Shown here: in pieces, positions 10,363 to 19,628 of the stretch
How positions within the stretch are numbered: position 1 is the first letter of the stretch
How the letters are laid out: each line of letters opens with the position of its first letter
From: an uncultured Planctomycetota bacterium
GTDB taxonomy: Bacteria; Planctomycetota; Planctomycetia; Gemmatales; Gemmataceae
DNA length: 64,000 nt
Assembly: GCA_963783095.1 (NCBI GenBank)
Contig: CAWAMR010000018.1
Location: forward strand, 9,920-73,919
Reading direction: 5' to 3'
Notes under the pieces: generated by a model
Databases searched by the model: none
The model's input: only the letters and a program-made list of their open reading frames with translations
Told to the model about the DNA's origin: nothing
Made by a program: the position numbers and the translations under genes

Positions 10363-10455
10363 TTTTCAGTTTTCAGTGTTCAGTGTTCAGTAAATGCAAA
10401 GGCAATCGACCCGCAAGTATTTACTGAACACTGAACACTGAAAACTGAAAACTGA
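10361..10455. terminator. Perfect ~33 bp-stem hairpin made of tandem TTTTCAG/TGTTCAG heptamers, immediately after the stop codon; putative intrinsic terminator / REP-like element
   Basis: ttttcagttttcagtgttcagtgttcagtaaat - 23 nt loop - atttactgaacactgaacactgaaaactgaaaa; arms are exact reverse complements. Confidence 0.6.
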
Positions 10456-10464
10456 GGGTGTGTT

Positions 10465-11837
10465 ATGTGGGAGCCTTACAAACCGAGCGCGAGAAATCCC
10501 TGGAACCTTCATAAGGTCGGCCATCTCTATCGCCGCGCAGCCTTCGGTGCCAACTGGAATGAACTTCAAGTCGGCCTTGAACTGGGACCGGACAAGCTCA
10601 TCGACAAGCTGGTCAAGGGTGGCACTGGCCTTGCTGATTTCGAGAAGGAGACGCTTCGCTGGGGGGCCTCGATCCGGAAGGTCAATAATGCACCCCAGTC
10701 ATCCGAGTGGTGGTTGTATCGGATGCTCTATACACCGCATCCGCTCAAAGAAAAGATGACACTATTCTGGCACAATCACTTTGCGACCAGTTTTGCCAAG
10801 GTGCTGAACACCTCATACATGATGGGTCAATATGACTTGATGTACCGGTCTGCCCTGGGCAATTTTGCCGAACTGCTCCAGGCGATCTCCAAAGATCCAG
10901 CGATGATGGTCTGGCTGGATACTGTGCAAAGCAAGAAAGGGATGCCCAACGAGAACTATGCCCGCGAGTTGATGGAACTGTTTAGTCTCGGCATCGGCAA
11001 TTACACCGAGGTGGATATACGCGAAGCTGCCCGTGCTTTCACCGGCTGGGAAATCAAGGAAGGCAAATTCTTCGACAACTCCAATCAGCATGACCGCACG
11101 GAAAAAACCGTACTCGGACGGAAAGGGAATTGGAAGGGCGATGACGTGGTTCGGATTTGCCTGGAACAGAAAGCGTGCCCGCGCTTCATCGTTCGGAAAC
11201 TCTACAAGTTCTTGATCAGCGAGAGTGAATCACCGGCTGCGGAAGTGATTGAACCGCTGGCGCTGCAATTCGCGAAGGACTATAATTTCGGCGCGGTCGT
11301 CGAAACCATGCTACGATCGAATTTGTTCTTTTCGGACTTCGCCTATCGGTCGCGCATCAAAGCGCCGGTCGATTACGTGCTGGGAATCGTGCGCGGACTT
11401 GAAGCCCGCCTCGGCGTGACCACCCTGGCCCGCGCTGGACCAGCTTGGACAGAACCTGTTCAATCCGCCTTCGGTCAAGGGCTGGGATGGTGGCGCGGAC
11501 CTGGCTCAACGGTCAAACTCTTTTGACCCGCCAGAACCTGGCATTGACCCTTTGCGAAACCCGGAACAAGGATGAAGGCGCAAAGGATTCATCGCCCCTG
11601 CCCGTGCTGCTGGCCCGGCATCATGGAAAGAAAGACAGCGAACTGGTCGATTTCTTCTTGGAGCTATTCCTCCAAGGTGCGGTGCCTCCCGAAACGAGAA
11701 AGCACCTCACCGATTATCTTGCTTCAACCTGGAAACAAACCTATCCGGTTTACTGGAGCAAAGAAGACATTGCCGATCATCGCATTCTGAGCATATGCCA
11801 TCTGGTGTTGACGTTACCTGAATTTCAACTGGACTGA
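10465..11837 (+). CDS. DUF1800 family protein; two apparent frameshifts (~11438 and ~11495)
   Basis: FWHNHFATS, VWLD and NENYARELMELF motifs. The three frames in succession read ...LEARLGVTTLARA / LDQLGQNLFNPPSVKGWDGG / TWLNGQTLLTRQNLAL...LVLTLPEFQLD, which reconstitutes a DUF1800 C-terminus. Confidence 0.8.
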
Positions 11838-11876
11838 CAATCTACCCCGTCTCAGCAACTCTTCCGGAGTTTACCC

Positions 11877-13105
11877 ATGCAAAATCGCCGCGATTTTTTG
11901 AAGAATACCAGCCTGGTTGGGATGGGAACGGTCATCCCGACATTCCTGGCGAAGACAGCACTCGCAGCGCCCAGTGCTTCCGCAACAGGGGCCAAGGATA
12001 CCATCCTCCTCGTCGTTCAGTTGACGGGCGGCAACGATGGCCTCAACACCGTCATCCCCTACAAGGATGATCATTACTATTCCTATCGCCCGACGATTCG
12101 CATCCCGAAAGACCGAGTCCGCAAGATAAACGATTCGTTCGGACTGCACCCATCCCTGGAAGGGCTGGCGGGATTGCTCGAAGACAAGGCTTTGTGTGTG
12201 GTGCAGGGGGTAGGTTATCCCAATCCCAGCCAGTCGCACTTCCGCTCCATGGACATCTGGCAAGCGGCCAGTACCGCCGAAACCCTGAACGAGGGCTGGG
12301 TTGGCAAGGCGCTCAAATCTCTCAAATCCCCAGCCTTCCATATCGCCACCGCCAACGAAGCGGCACCTCTCGCATTGACTGGTGCGCCGATTCGCGTTCC
12401 GTCGATCACCTCGATCGAAGACTTTCAGCTAAAGATGACGGCAGCAACGGCGGCAGACAAAAAGGATCAGAAGTCGTTGATTCAGGGAGCGGTCAAGAAC
12501 AGCAGTCAATCCGGGCTTCTCGATTTCGTTGCCAAGACAGCGCTGAATACTTATGCCAGCAGCGAAAAGTTGCAGGAGATCGGCAAGAATTATCAGGCCA
12601 AGTCTCCTTACCCTCAAGGCAACTTGCTCGCCAACCGTCTCAAACTGTGCGCACAACTGATCGATTCGGGGATCGGTGCGCGAATCTTTTACGTTTCGAT
12701 CGATGGGTTCGACACTCATGCCAATCAAGGTGGTCCAACCGGTGCCCATGCGAACTTGCTCACGCAGGTATCCGGCGCGATCACCGCGTTTTACAAAGAC
12801 CTGGCGGCACGCGGCCACAAAGATCGGCTCCTGGTGATGACGTTCTCCGAGTTCGGTCGGCGCGCCAAAGAAAACGGCAGCAAGGGAACCGATCACGGCA
12901 GCGGCGCTCCGATGCTGCTCGTTGGGGGCAAAGTGAAGGCCGGGATCGTCGGCGACATCCCGACTTGACCAAATTAGAGATGGGCAATCTCAAGCATGCC
13001 ATCGATTTCCGTCAGGTATATGCAGCGGTCCTCGATCAGTGGCTTGGGGTCAACAGCAAGGAAGTCCTGGGAGGGGAATACCAACACGTAGGGATTCTTG
13101 CATAG
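11877..13105 (+). CDS. DUF1501 domain protein (Tat signal); apparent 1 nt deletion near 12950
   Basis: MQNRRDFLKNTSLVGMGT... with GGNDGLNTV, DGFDTHANQ and MTFSEFGRR. The C-terminus ...DHPDLTKLEMGNLKHAIDFRQVYAAVLDQWLG is recovered in the overlapping frame (ORF 12194..13105). Confidence 0.85.
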
Positions 13106-13292
13106 TACCCCCAACGGTTGCAACTGAGACTCATTGGACCCAAGTTCATTCCGGAACTTTGGGTCCAGCTTTTTTCCTCGTTCAGCATTTTTGAAGGTAC
13201 GAACGATGAACTTTGGTGGGAATGAATTGATGTAAGATAGGCCGATCCGTAGAATGCGAGAGAACGCCATCGACAAAGAAGGTATCTGAATT

Positions 13293-13378
13293 GGAGAGGT
13301 GGCAGAGCGGTTGAATGCGTCGGTCTCGAAAACCGATATACCGCAAGGATATCGGGGGTTCGAATCCCCCCCTCTCCG
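13293..13378 (+). tRNA. tRNA-Ser (anticodon CGA), class II with long variable arm; no encoded CCA
   Basis: GGAGAGG acceptor stem pairing with CCTCTCC; D-arm GCAGAGCGGTTGAATGC; anticodon loop CTCGAAA; long variable arm; T-arm GGGGGTTCGAATCCCCC. Confidence 0.85.
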
Positions 13379-13500
13379 TTTTCATTTCATGTCATTTGAT
13401 GTAAATTATTGCAAATTAAATACTTACATCTCAAGTTTTCTCACTTATGAACCCTCCTGGTGCACGCTTGGTGCACATACCGTGCACAGGAGTGTGTTTC

Positions 13501-14850
13501 ATGAGGTCTCGTCGAAGAGGCTCACCGAAGCGATTTCGCATTGGACGAGTCTCGGTTTACCCTCACCACGGAGCATGGTGGGTTTATTATCGCGATGCCG
13601 GCCAACCCGTGCGTCAAAAAGTCGCACTGGAGCACAAGGATGCCGAACAGATTGCCGCTCAAATCAATAGCCAATTGGCGTCCGGTGCCCCGCTACTTCT
13701 CTCATTCAGTCCCACGACGGTTGCCCACTTGCGAGAATCTTTTCTCGGGCATCATGAGTTCGTCCTGAAATCTTCTGTGGCGACCATCCAGCGCTATCGA
13801 GCCGCAACGCAACATCTAGAAGCCTTCACATTACGGGACACAAAATCACCGCGGGTCCACGAAGTTTGCGCCGAAAACTTCGTCCGTTATCTGCGTGAGA
13901 TTCAAGTCGCTCCCAATGGTCATCAGAATACCAAGCGGCGAAACCTTCGCGACAAGGGGATTCAGTTCATTCCAGAAACCTGCCGTGCGATGTACGGATT
14001 CGCGGCAAGGCGACGGCATCTTCCACCGTATATGGGAAACCCGTTCGCAACATTGCCTCTCGACCGGCTCAAGATCGAAGACTCCAAGCCAATCTTCCTG
14101 TTTAATGCCGAGAGCGAACTCGCTTTTCTTCGTCGAGCCGATGTCTGGGGATTCCCCATCCATTTCACTCTTGCCAAGACCGGCATGCGAAGCGGAGAAC
14201 TCTGCCATCTGCTGATCGAAGAAGTTGACCTCGAAGGTGGTTGGCTGCACGTTCGTAACAAGACCTCGCTTGGCTGGCGAATCAAGACTGGGAATGAAAG
14301 GGCCATCCCGCTTCTGGGGGAATTGGTTGCTCTTCTACGGGTCGTCATTGCTAATCGGAAGGCGGGTCCGGTCTTTTCGCCAGCGGTCGCCGTCATCTCC
14401 CGGGCGTCACACTCAATCGCGCCGCTTGATTTTTTCAAAAACACTTTTCCTGAAGGTCCCACTGCGCGCGCCTTGGTTCGCCAAGCAAATTTCGCCACGG
14501 ACTTTGATCCATTTTCCCGTGAAAAAAGCCTGAACAGAACGCCACACAAGATTCGCTGGACTAACACACCCACTGCGCGCCTTGGTTCGCCAAGCAAATT
14601 TCGCCACGGACTTTTGCCGATTTTGCCCACGAAAACCAGTGAACATACCGCCACACGACATTCGCTGGACCAACACACCCGGCACACTTATCAACGATCT
14701 TGTACAGGATGCTCTATTTACTCCGCTTTCGCGCCACACTGGGCCGCACCGGATCCAGGACTCGGCTCACCTTGTTTTTCTGAAGGGTCTTTACCAGATG
14801 CGCACCAGCCGCTCTTGAGTTCCAGTTCCCGTTCCCGTTCCTCCGCATAG
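13501..14850 (+). pseudogene. Phage-type tyrosine integrase, C-terminally truncated/degenerate
   Basis: N-terminal arm-type region (VYPHHGAWWVYYRD) and the catalytic-Arg box (TLAKTGMRSGELCHL) are present. The HxxR...Y box II is missing, and the sequence after ~14385 is non-protein-like and repetitive. Confidence 0.65.
14458..14690. repeat. Two tandem degenerate ~115 bp repeats inside the integrase 3' remnant
   Basis: cccactgcgcgc(gc)cttggttcgccaagcaaatttcgccacggactt ... cgccacac.attcgctgga..aacacaccc occurs twice consecutively. Confidence 0.6.
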
Positions 14851-15780
14851 AGCGGCATCATCGTGTAGAACTGTACGACGCGTCCATCGTTGAGCGTCGC
14901 CGTCGGAATATCGGACATTTCTAGAAACAAGCCCATGCAACTGAGTTGGGTATTGGCTGCGAACGGCTGCGGCGGCTCGTCATTGGCAATGATCGTGACC
15001 GGCGCTCCCAGCCAGGTCTTGTTCTGGTGCGGATACAGGGCGATTCGACGCATCCATTCAATCGGCCAAAACAATTCGGGGTTGCCCAGCGATGCTTCAT
15101 CCAGCGGCCATTTCTTCCCGGGCGGAAGCTGCAGCACCAGTTCGGCGAACTGAAACTCTTCTTTGCCTTTCGGGACGGTCATGGGCTTGTCGCACATCCC
15201 GGTCGTGAAAAGCGTGTTGTAGGCCCTCTTGCGCGTGGAGGGCACGAAGTGAATGGCAATATCCGGATCCGTTGGCACGATGGATCGTAGTGCCAGCGTC
15301 TGGGCGCGCCGACGCGCCAGAAACATGTTCGAGAATTGCCTCACGCGAACGAACGAGCGGCTTGTCCGACGCCCACCAGGGTTCGGTATAACCGGAAGGC
15401 AGAACAGCACCCTTGGAAGCCAAATACTTGTAAATCTCTGGATGGCCAAGCGCGTTCGATAAAGCATTCATCCCTGCCCATTCGGCATTCACATCGGCAC
15501 CGTGCTCAACTAACAGCTTGACAATATCAACAAAACCGTGACTCGCAGCAGTTGAAAGAGCAAAATTACGGACGGCACCATCTACTGTGCAATTGGAGTC
15601 TGCGCCTTGTTCCAGCAGCCACCGGACGACAACTACATGACCTCCAAGTGAAGCGCTGTAAATCGGAGTTTCTGGACTCTCTGAGGGATTTTGAGGTCGG
15701 GGTGCGTTTACACTCAATCCCATGCTCACCAGCCTTTGAACAGTGGCTAGCATCCCTTTTTCGCCGCCATGTGAAGCCAA
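14718..15780 (-). CDS. Ankyrin-repeat + SUFU (suppressor-of-fused)-domain protein; putative immunity protein; apparent frameshift near 15310-15320
   Basis: ORF 15097..15780 carries ANK repeats (GADSNCTVDGAVRNFALSTAASHGFVDIVKLLVEHGADVN). ORF 14718..15467, in another frame, carries a bacterial SUFU-like core (HFVPSTRKRAYNTLFTTGMCDKPM...YPHQNKTWLG...NDEPPQPFAANTQL...MPLYAEERERELEL). The junction falls in a GC-rich run. Confidence 0.65.
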
Positions 15781-15907
15781 GTTTGATTCCCCACATCACG
15801 ATGTAGCAAATCGGGGTGCATGCTTAGTAGCCGCTGAATTTCGTCCGCGTCATCGCGATTCATTGCCCCACTTATTGTGTTTAGCAAGACATCTGTTTCA
15901 TCTAACG

Positions 15908-16867
15908 TCATGGTGATTTGAACTCTCCTTTTGCGAATCGGTCACCAAGATCCTTGAGCTTATTTATGATGTCTATCTTGTTTTTGGGAGTAGCCTTTAA
16001 TTCCTTGTAAACAGCTAACGCGTATTTCTTGGTATGGCTCCAATTCGGTGCCCACATAAGATTCTCAGGCCCATTTATTGGATCGATTTTGACATCCTTC
16101 AGGATTTGCTGGCTTTCTTGTACCGGGGTCGCCGACCCATCCGTTACACGATCGTATGTCGCCGACGGGCCTTTCCGCATGACGATATGGTGAGCGTGAA
16201 TCGTGACGTCATGATTGGTTTTTTTGGCATTGTTCAGGTAGCCTTGAATCGCAAGATCCGGAGTCGGCACGGATTGGCCTTGAAAGTATTGATGGCCCAG
16301 TGCGTCGCCGCCGTTATCTTTTTCGTATTTTTGCAGGAGCGCTTTGAATTTCGCCTCATCGGGGTCCTTGGGCTTCAGCAGGCCCTCAAGGAGTTCAACG
16401 AGATTGATTCCTTCTTTGGCAAGCTTCGGGTTTGCCGCCTCGAATTTCTGGTCGATGACGTAGCCTCGAACATCCTTGAGGCGTTCGTGCGGCTTTTGCA
16501 TCCCTTCAATGAGCTTGGCAAGTTGAAGGTGAATCGTGCTTTCCAGTTCCTTGAGCAGTTTCGCGCGGTTTTCCTGCTTCTGCTTTTTCTGCTCCGGCGT
16601 CCGTCCGCCCGGCTGGCTCCCCGCGACCTTGGCGAGCTTGTCGTAGGCATCCTTGATTGTTTTCTTGGCCGCGTCGAGTGATTTTCCTGTCAGTCGCGCG
16701 TTGACGCTCGCGACATAGATTTCAATTTCATCCTTGTCGTTGACCTCCACCCATAGTTCGTGTGTCCCTTCATATTCAAACGTCCGTGTTTTGCCCAGCC
16801 GGTTCGGGCGGTCGTTAAACAGTTTCCCAAGGCGGCCAAGGGTCGCCCCTACGATCTTGTTGATCAA
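15908..16867 (-). CDS. Toxin-like protein with C-terminal AHH-family (HNH/EndoVII-fold) nuclease domain; TTG start
   Basis: C-terminal ...TIHAHHIVMRKGP...ENLMWAPNWSHTKKYALAVYKEL matches the AHH motif pattern (AHH..P ... N..W.P..H...Y..V). Helical N-terminal region. Sits directly upstream of the ANK-SUFU gene on the same strand. Confidence 0.65.
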   Translation of the reverse strand: MINKIVGATLGRLGKLFNDRPNRLGKTRTFEYEGTHELWVEVNDKDEIEIYVASVNARLTGKSLDAAKKTIKDAYDKLAKVAGSQPGGRTPEQKKQKQENRAKLLKELESTIHLQLAKLIEGMQKPHERLKDVRGYVIDQKFEAANPKLAKEGINLVELLEGLLKPKDPDEAKFKALLQKYEKDNGGDALGHQYFQGQSVPTPDLAIQGYLNNAKKTNHDVTIHAHHIVMRKGPSATYDRVTDGSATPVQESQQILKDVKIDPINGPENLMWAPNWSHTKKYALAVYKELKATPKNKIDIINKLKDLGDRFAKGEFKSP

Positions 16868-16939
16868 GTCTTCGACAGGCTTTTTGACTTTGCTAAGAAG
16901 GTAGTTGTAACTCGATCATCCACTCAAGAACTCATCGCT

Positions 16940-16975
16940 GGTGCACAAGTGGTGCACAAGTGGTGCACAAGAAAG
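16940..16975. repeat. Three tandem copies of GTGGTGCACAA near the island's right end; putative recombinase-binding iterons
   Basis: gctggtgcacaagtggtgcacaagtggtgcacaag. The related ctggtgcacgcttggtgcacataccgtgcacagg occurs at 13448-13490 next to the integrase start. Confidence 0.55.
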
Positions 16976-17110
16976 TCAAGCTGGGGGCAAGGTTCTGATA
17001 GTGGAGGTTCGTGGAAGAATGATGAAAAAGGTGTTTTTTCCGAGGTTTTGTGCATCAGATGGGGTTCGCGAGTGAGAAAACAAGGCATGACGGAATAATT
17101 TCTCGGAGAG

Positions 17111-17125
17111 TCCCCCCTCTCCGTT
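17111..17125. repeat. Putative attR: direct repeat of the tRNA-Ser 3' end
   Basis: tcccccctctccgtt vs tRNA 3' atccccccctctccgtt (13362-13380). Confidence 0.5.
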
Positions 17126-17246
17126 GGTTTGTTGGCCTCTGTTTATTGTTGTTTTTCCGCGATGCAATAAAGAAAGCGTTCGCCGCGGAGGAACAGGTCC
17201 TGGCCGGCGAGCGCCGCCGAGGCGCTGAAGGAGTCGTCGAGGCGGT

Positions 17247-18502
17247 TTACGGCACAGCATTTTGACGTGTCGGCTCGCCGTGGCTGATGACCTGGGTGAC
17301 GCCGTCGAGGCTGGTGACGTAGATTCGGCCGGCGGCGCCGACCGGCGACGCATAGACGTTCCTGATGGCGTCCAAGCGCACGGGATCGCCCAGGTCTTTC
17401 CCCGTCTTGGCATCGATGCGCACGAGGACGCCCTGGTAGTGCTGCAGGTTATAAATCGTGCCGTCGTAAAGCAGCGGCGATGGAACGTAGGGCGTTCCCC
17501 GGTGGCGAGACCAGACGACCTGGTTGGTCCCCGTGATGTCGCCTTTGGCGCCGTCGAGTTGGATTGCCAGCATGGCGCGCGTGTCGTAGCTGCTGCCGGC
17601 GTAGACGAACCCGTTCGCCGCCACCGGCGACGCCACGATGTTGGACGACAGCCCACCGCACTCCCAGACGATCGCGCCGTTGGCCAAGTCGTAGGCGCGC
17701 ATGCGTTTCGTGCCCGGGACGATGACCTGGGCCTTGCCGTTGTGCTCGACCACAATCGGCGTCGCCCACGAAGTGTCCTCGGCGCGAGCCACGCGCCAGC
17801 GTTCCTTGCCGGTGCGTTTGTCGAGGGCGACGACAAACGATTTCTCTTCGTGGTCCCAGTTGATGATGAGCGTGTCGCCGTGAAGGGCCGGGGAACTGCC
17901 TTCGCCGTGGCCGTGCTTGGAGTGCATCTCGCCGAGGTCTTTTTTCCAGAGCAGCTTACCGGCTACTGTCCAGGCAGTACAGGCCGTACGAGCCGAAAAA
18001 CGCGAAGACATGCTCGCCGTCGGTGACGGGCGATGCCGAGGCGAGGCTGCCGGTGACATGACCGGCTTCGTGCGGCGTCGCCTTGTTGCAGCGTTTGCTG
18101 CCAGAGAATCTTGCCGGTGCCCGGCTGACGGCCAGCACTGCGAATTCGTGGTTGCGGGTCAGTGTCAAGTTGTCGTGAGCACCTGGACGAACGAAGCGGG
18201 GCTTCACCGGATCGCCGTAAGGGATCGCCGTGGTCAGGTAGAGGCGGTCGCCCCAAACGATCGGCGTGGAATGCCCCTTGCCGGGCAGCGCCGTCTTCCA
18301 GCGGATGTTCTTGTTCTTCGTTCCATTCGATCGGCGGCTGGGCATTCGGTGCCACGCCGGTTGCTAGCGGTCCGCGCCATTGCGCCCAGGAGTCCGGCGC
18401 TTCGACCTTGCCGCGCTCGGCATTTACCGCTCCGGCCAGCAAGCAGGTTGTCGCCAGATTGCCAATAATTGACATCATGACGATGCCCCCTTGGTTTGCC
18501 AC
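17247..18502 (-). CDS. Secreted PQQ-like beta-propeller repeat protein (BamB-like fold); at least two apparent frameshifts
   Basis: Signal peptide plus WAQWRGP start (ORF 17963..18502); propeller blades in ORFs 17956..18345 and 17247..18059 (PIVWGDRLYL, FVYAGSSYD, GRIYVTSLDG). Confidence 0.7.
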
Positions 18503-18714
18503 CTCGAGAAGTCCAAGTTGCCCCCTGACCGATTCTATACCCCGTCGCGCAAGTCTGGCAAGCGACAGTTACAATGCACGCTTTCGTATCTGAGGAACGG
18601 CACCTGCCGCCGCAAATCGTCGGCATTGCGCGGAGAAAATGTCCATTTTCTGACAGCTTAATAGAACAAAGCCACACAATATGCGCGTTTTCCAACACAC
18701 CTTGAGGATCATCC

Positions 18715-19463
18715 ATGTATACTGCTTTGTGTTTTGTTCTCGCCTCCATCCCCACCGACTACGAAGCCAATTATTCCAGGGCGATCGCAGAGGGCAAGCC
18801 GTTCATCGTTCTCGTCGGGACGGCCAAGCAGGTCGAAGTCGATGGCGCGCTCGTCGTCCGCGTCGATAAGCTGGAGGGCTATTCATCCGGCGTTGCCGTC
18901 GTGAGCACTCCGGAGGACGGCAAACTCTTTTGGCAAGCGACGGTCGAACCAACCACGGCGGCCATCCGCCAGGCCCTGCCTGTTTCCAGTGACGCGCTCG
19001 ACGAGGTGAACGCGGCTCGCGCCGCTCAGGGCCTCGCGCCGTTCACAAAAGACCACGGGCTTACCCTCGCGGCAACGGGCAGGCGGAATTTCGGGCGGCC
19101 AACTTGATTGCAGGCCACACCGAAAATGATTTTGCGTATGTGCCGACCGGATCGTCGGCAACCTCGGCGGGTTGTGCGGCGTGGGATGGCAACGACTGGG
19201 GCTCATGTTGCACCTACGACAACTATACCTATGCGGGCGCAGCGTGGAAACGCGGCAGCGACGGCCGGCGCGATACATGCACTTGTTTGTACGTTGACCG
19301 CGTAGACTTCGGTCGCACGGGCTGCCGCGATCTACAAATGCGACAGCCCTGTGACCAACCCTATTTCATTTTTCTGATGTTCAGCGTGGTCGGTTCGGCA
19401 GTAATCTTCATCCTCGGAACGGTGATGCATCCCGTGGCGTCTGGCCCGATTTCTTGTCGGTGA
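18715..19463 (+). CDS. Hypothetical protein; two ORFs likely joined by a frameshift near 19080; weak CAP/SCP-like N-region
   Basis: LDEVNAARAAQGLAPFTKDHGLTLAATG followed in the alternate frame by AEFRAANLIAGHTENDFAY, which loosely resembles the CAP-domain start (L..N..R...GL.PL......LA..A..H). Cys-rich C-terminal part. Confidence 0.3.
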
Positions 19464-19628
19464 GCTGATCGGGCCAGGGCAGCACGTCATTGGTCGAGGC
19501 GTTGGTGAATACCGGATAGGACTCGTTTTTCTTGACGCTGAGCCAGTCGAACGAGTTGATGAGGTCATTGACCTTCATGATATTCTCGTGGTTATTGGCG
19601 TGGCCGAACGGACGCCAATACATGAAAG

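Larger units (their letters stand above)
13379..17125 (+). mobile_element. Integrated genomic island at the tRNA-Ser 3' end (decayed integrase plus toxin/immunity cargo)
   Basis: The tRNA 3' end ...atccccccctctccgtt is repeated directly as tcccccctctccgtt at ~17111-17125. An integrase gene lies right next to the tRNA, and clustered GGTGCAC motifs occur near both ends. Confidence 0.55.

Noticed and set aside
10361-10455. Possible CRISPR array suggested by tandem short repeats
   Set aside because: The repeats are 7-nt units that form the two complementary arms of a hairpin with no unique spacers between direct repeats. No cas genes are nearby, and the same holds for the elements at 26015, 29066 and 36903.
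12194-13105. 303-aa ORF as an independent gene
   Set aside because: Its N-terminal 250 aa are R/Q/S-rich junk. Only the last ~50 aa are protein-like, and they are the conserved DUF1501 C-terminus reached by a 1-nt indel from ORF 11877..12968.
13299-13670. ORF 13299..13670 overlapping the tRNA
   Set aside because: Reads through the tRNA-Ser gene and island junction; not protein-like.
16976-18026. Long ORFs 16976..17836 (-), 17262..18026 (+) and 17449..17769 (-)
   Set aside because: Arg/Pro/Ala-rich low-complexity translations typical of wrong-frame or antisense readings of GC-rich coding DNA; they overlap the real PQQ-propeller gene.
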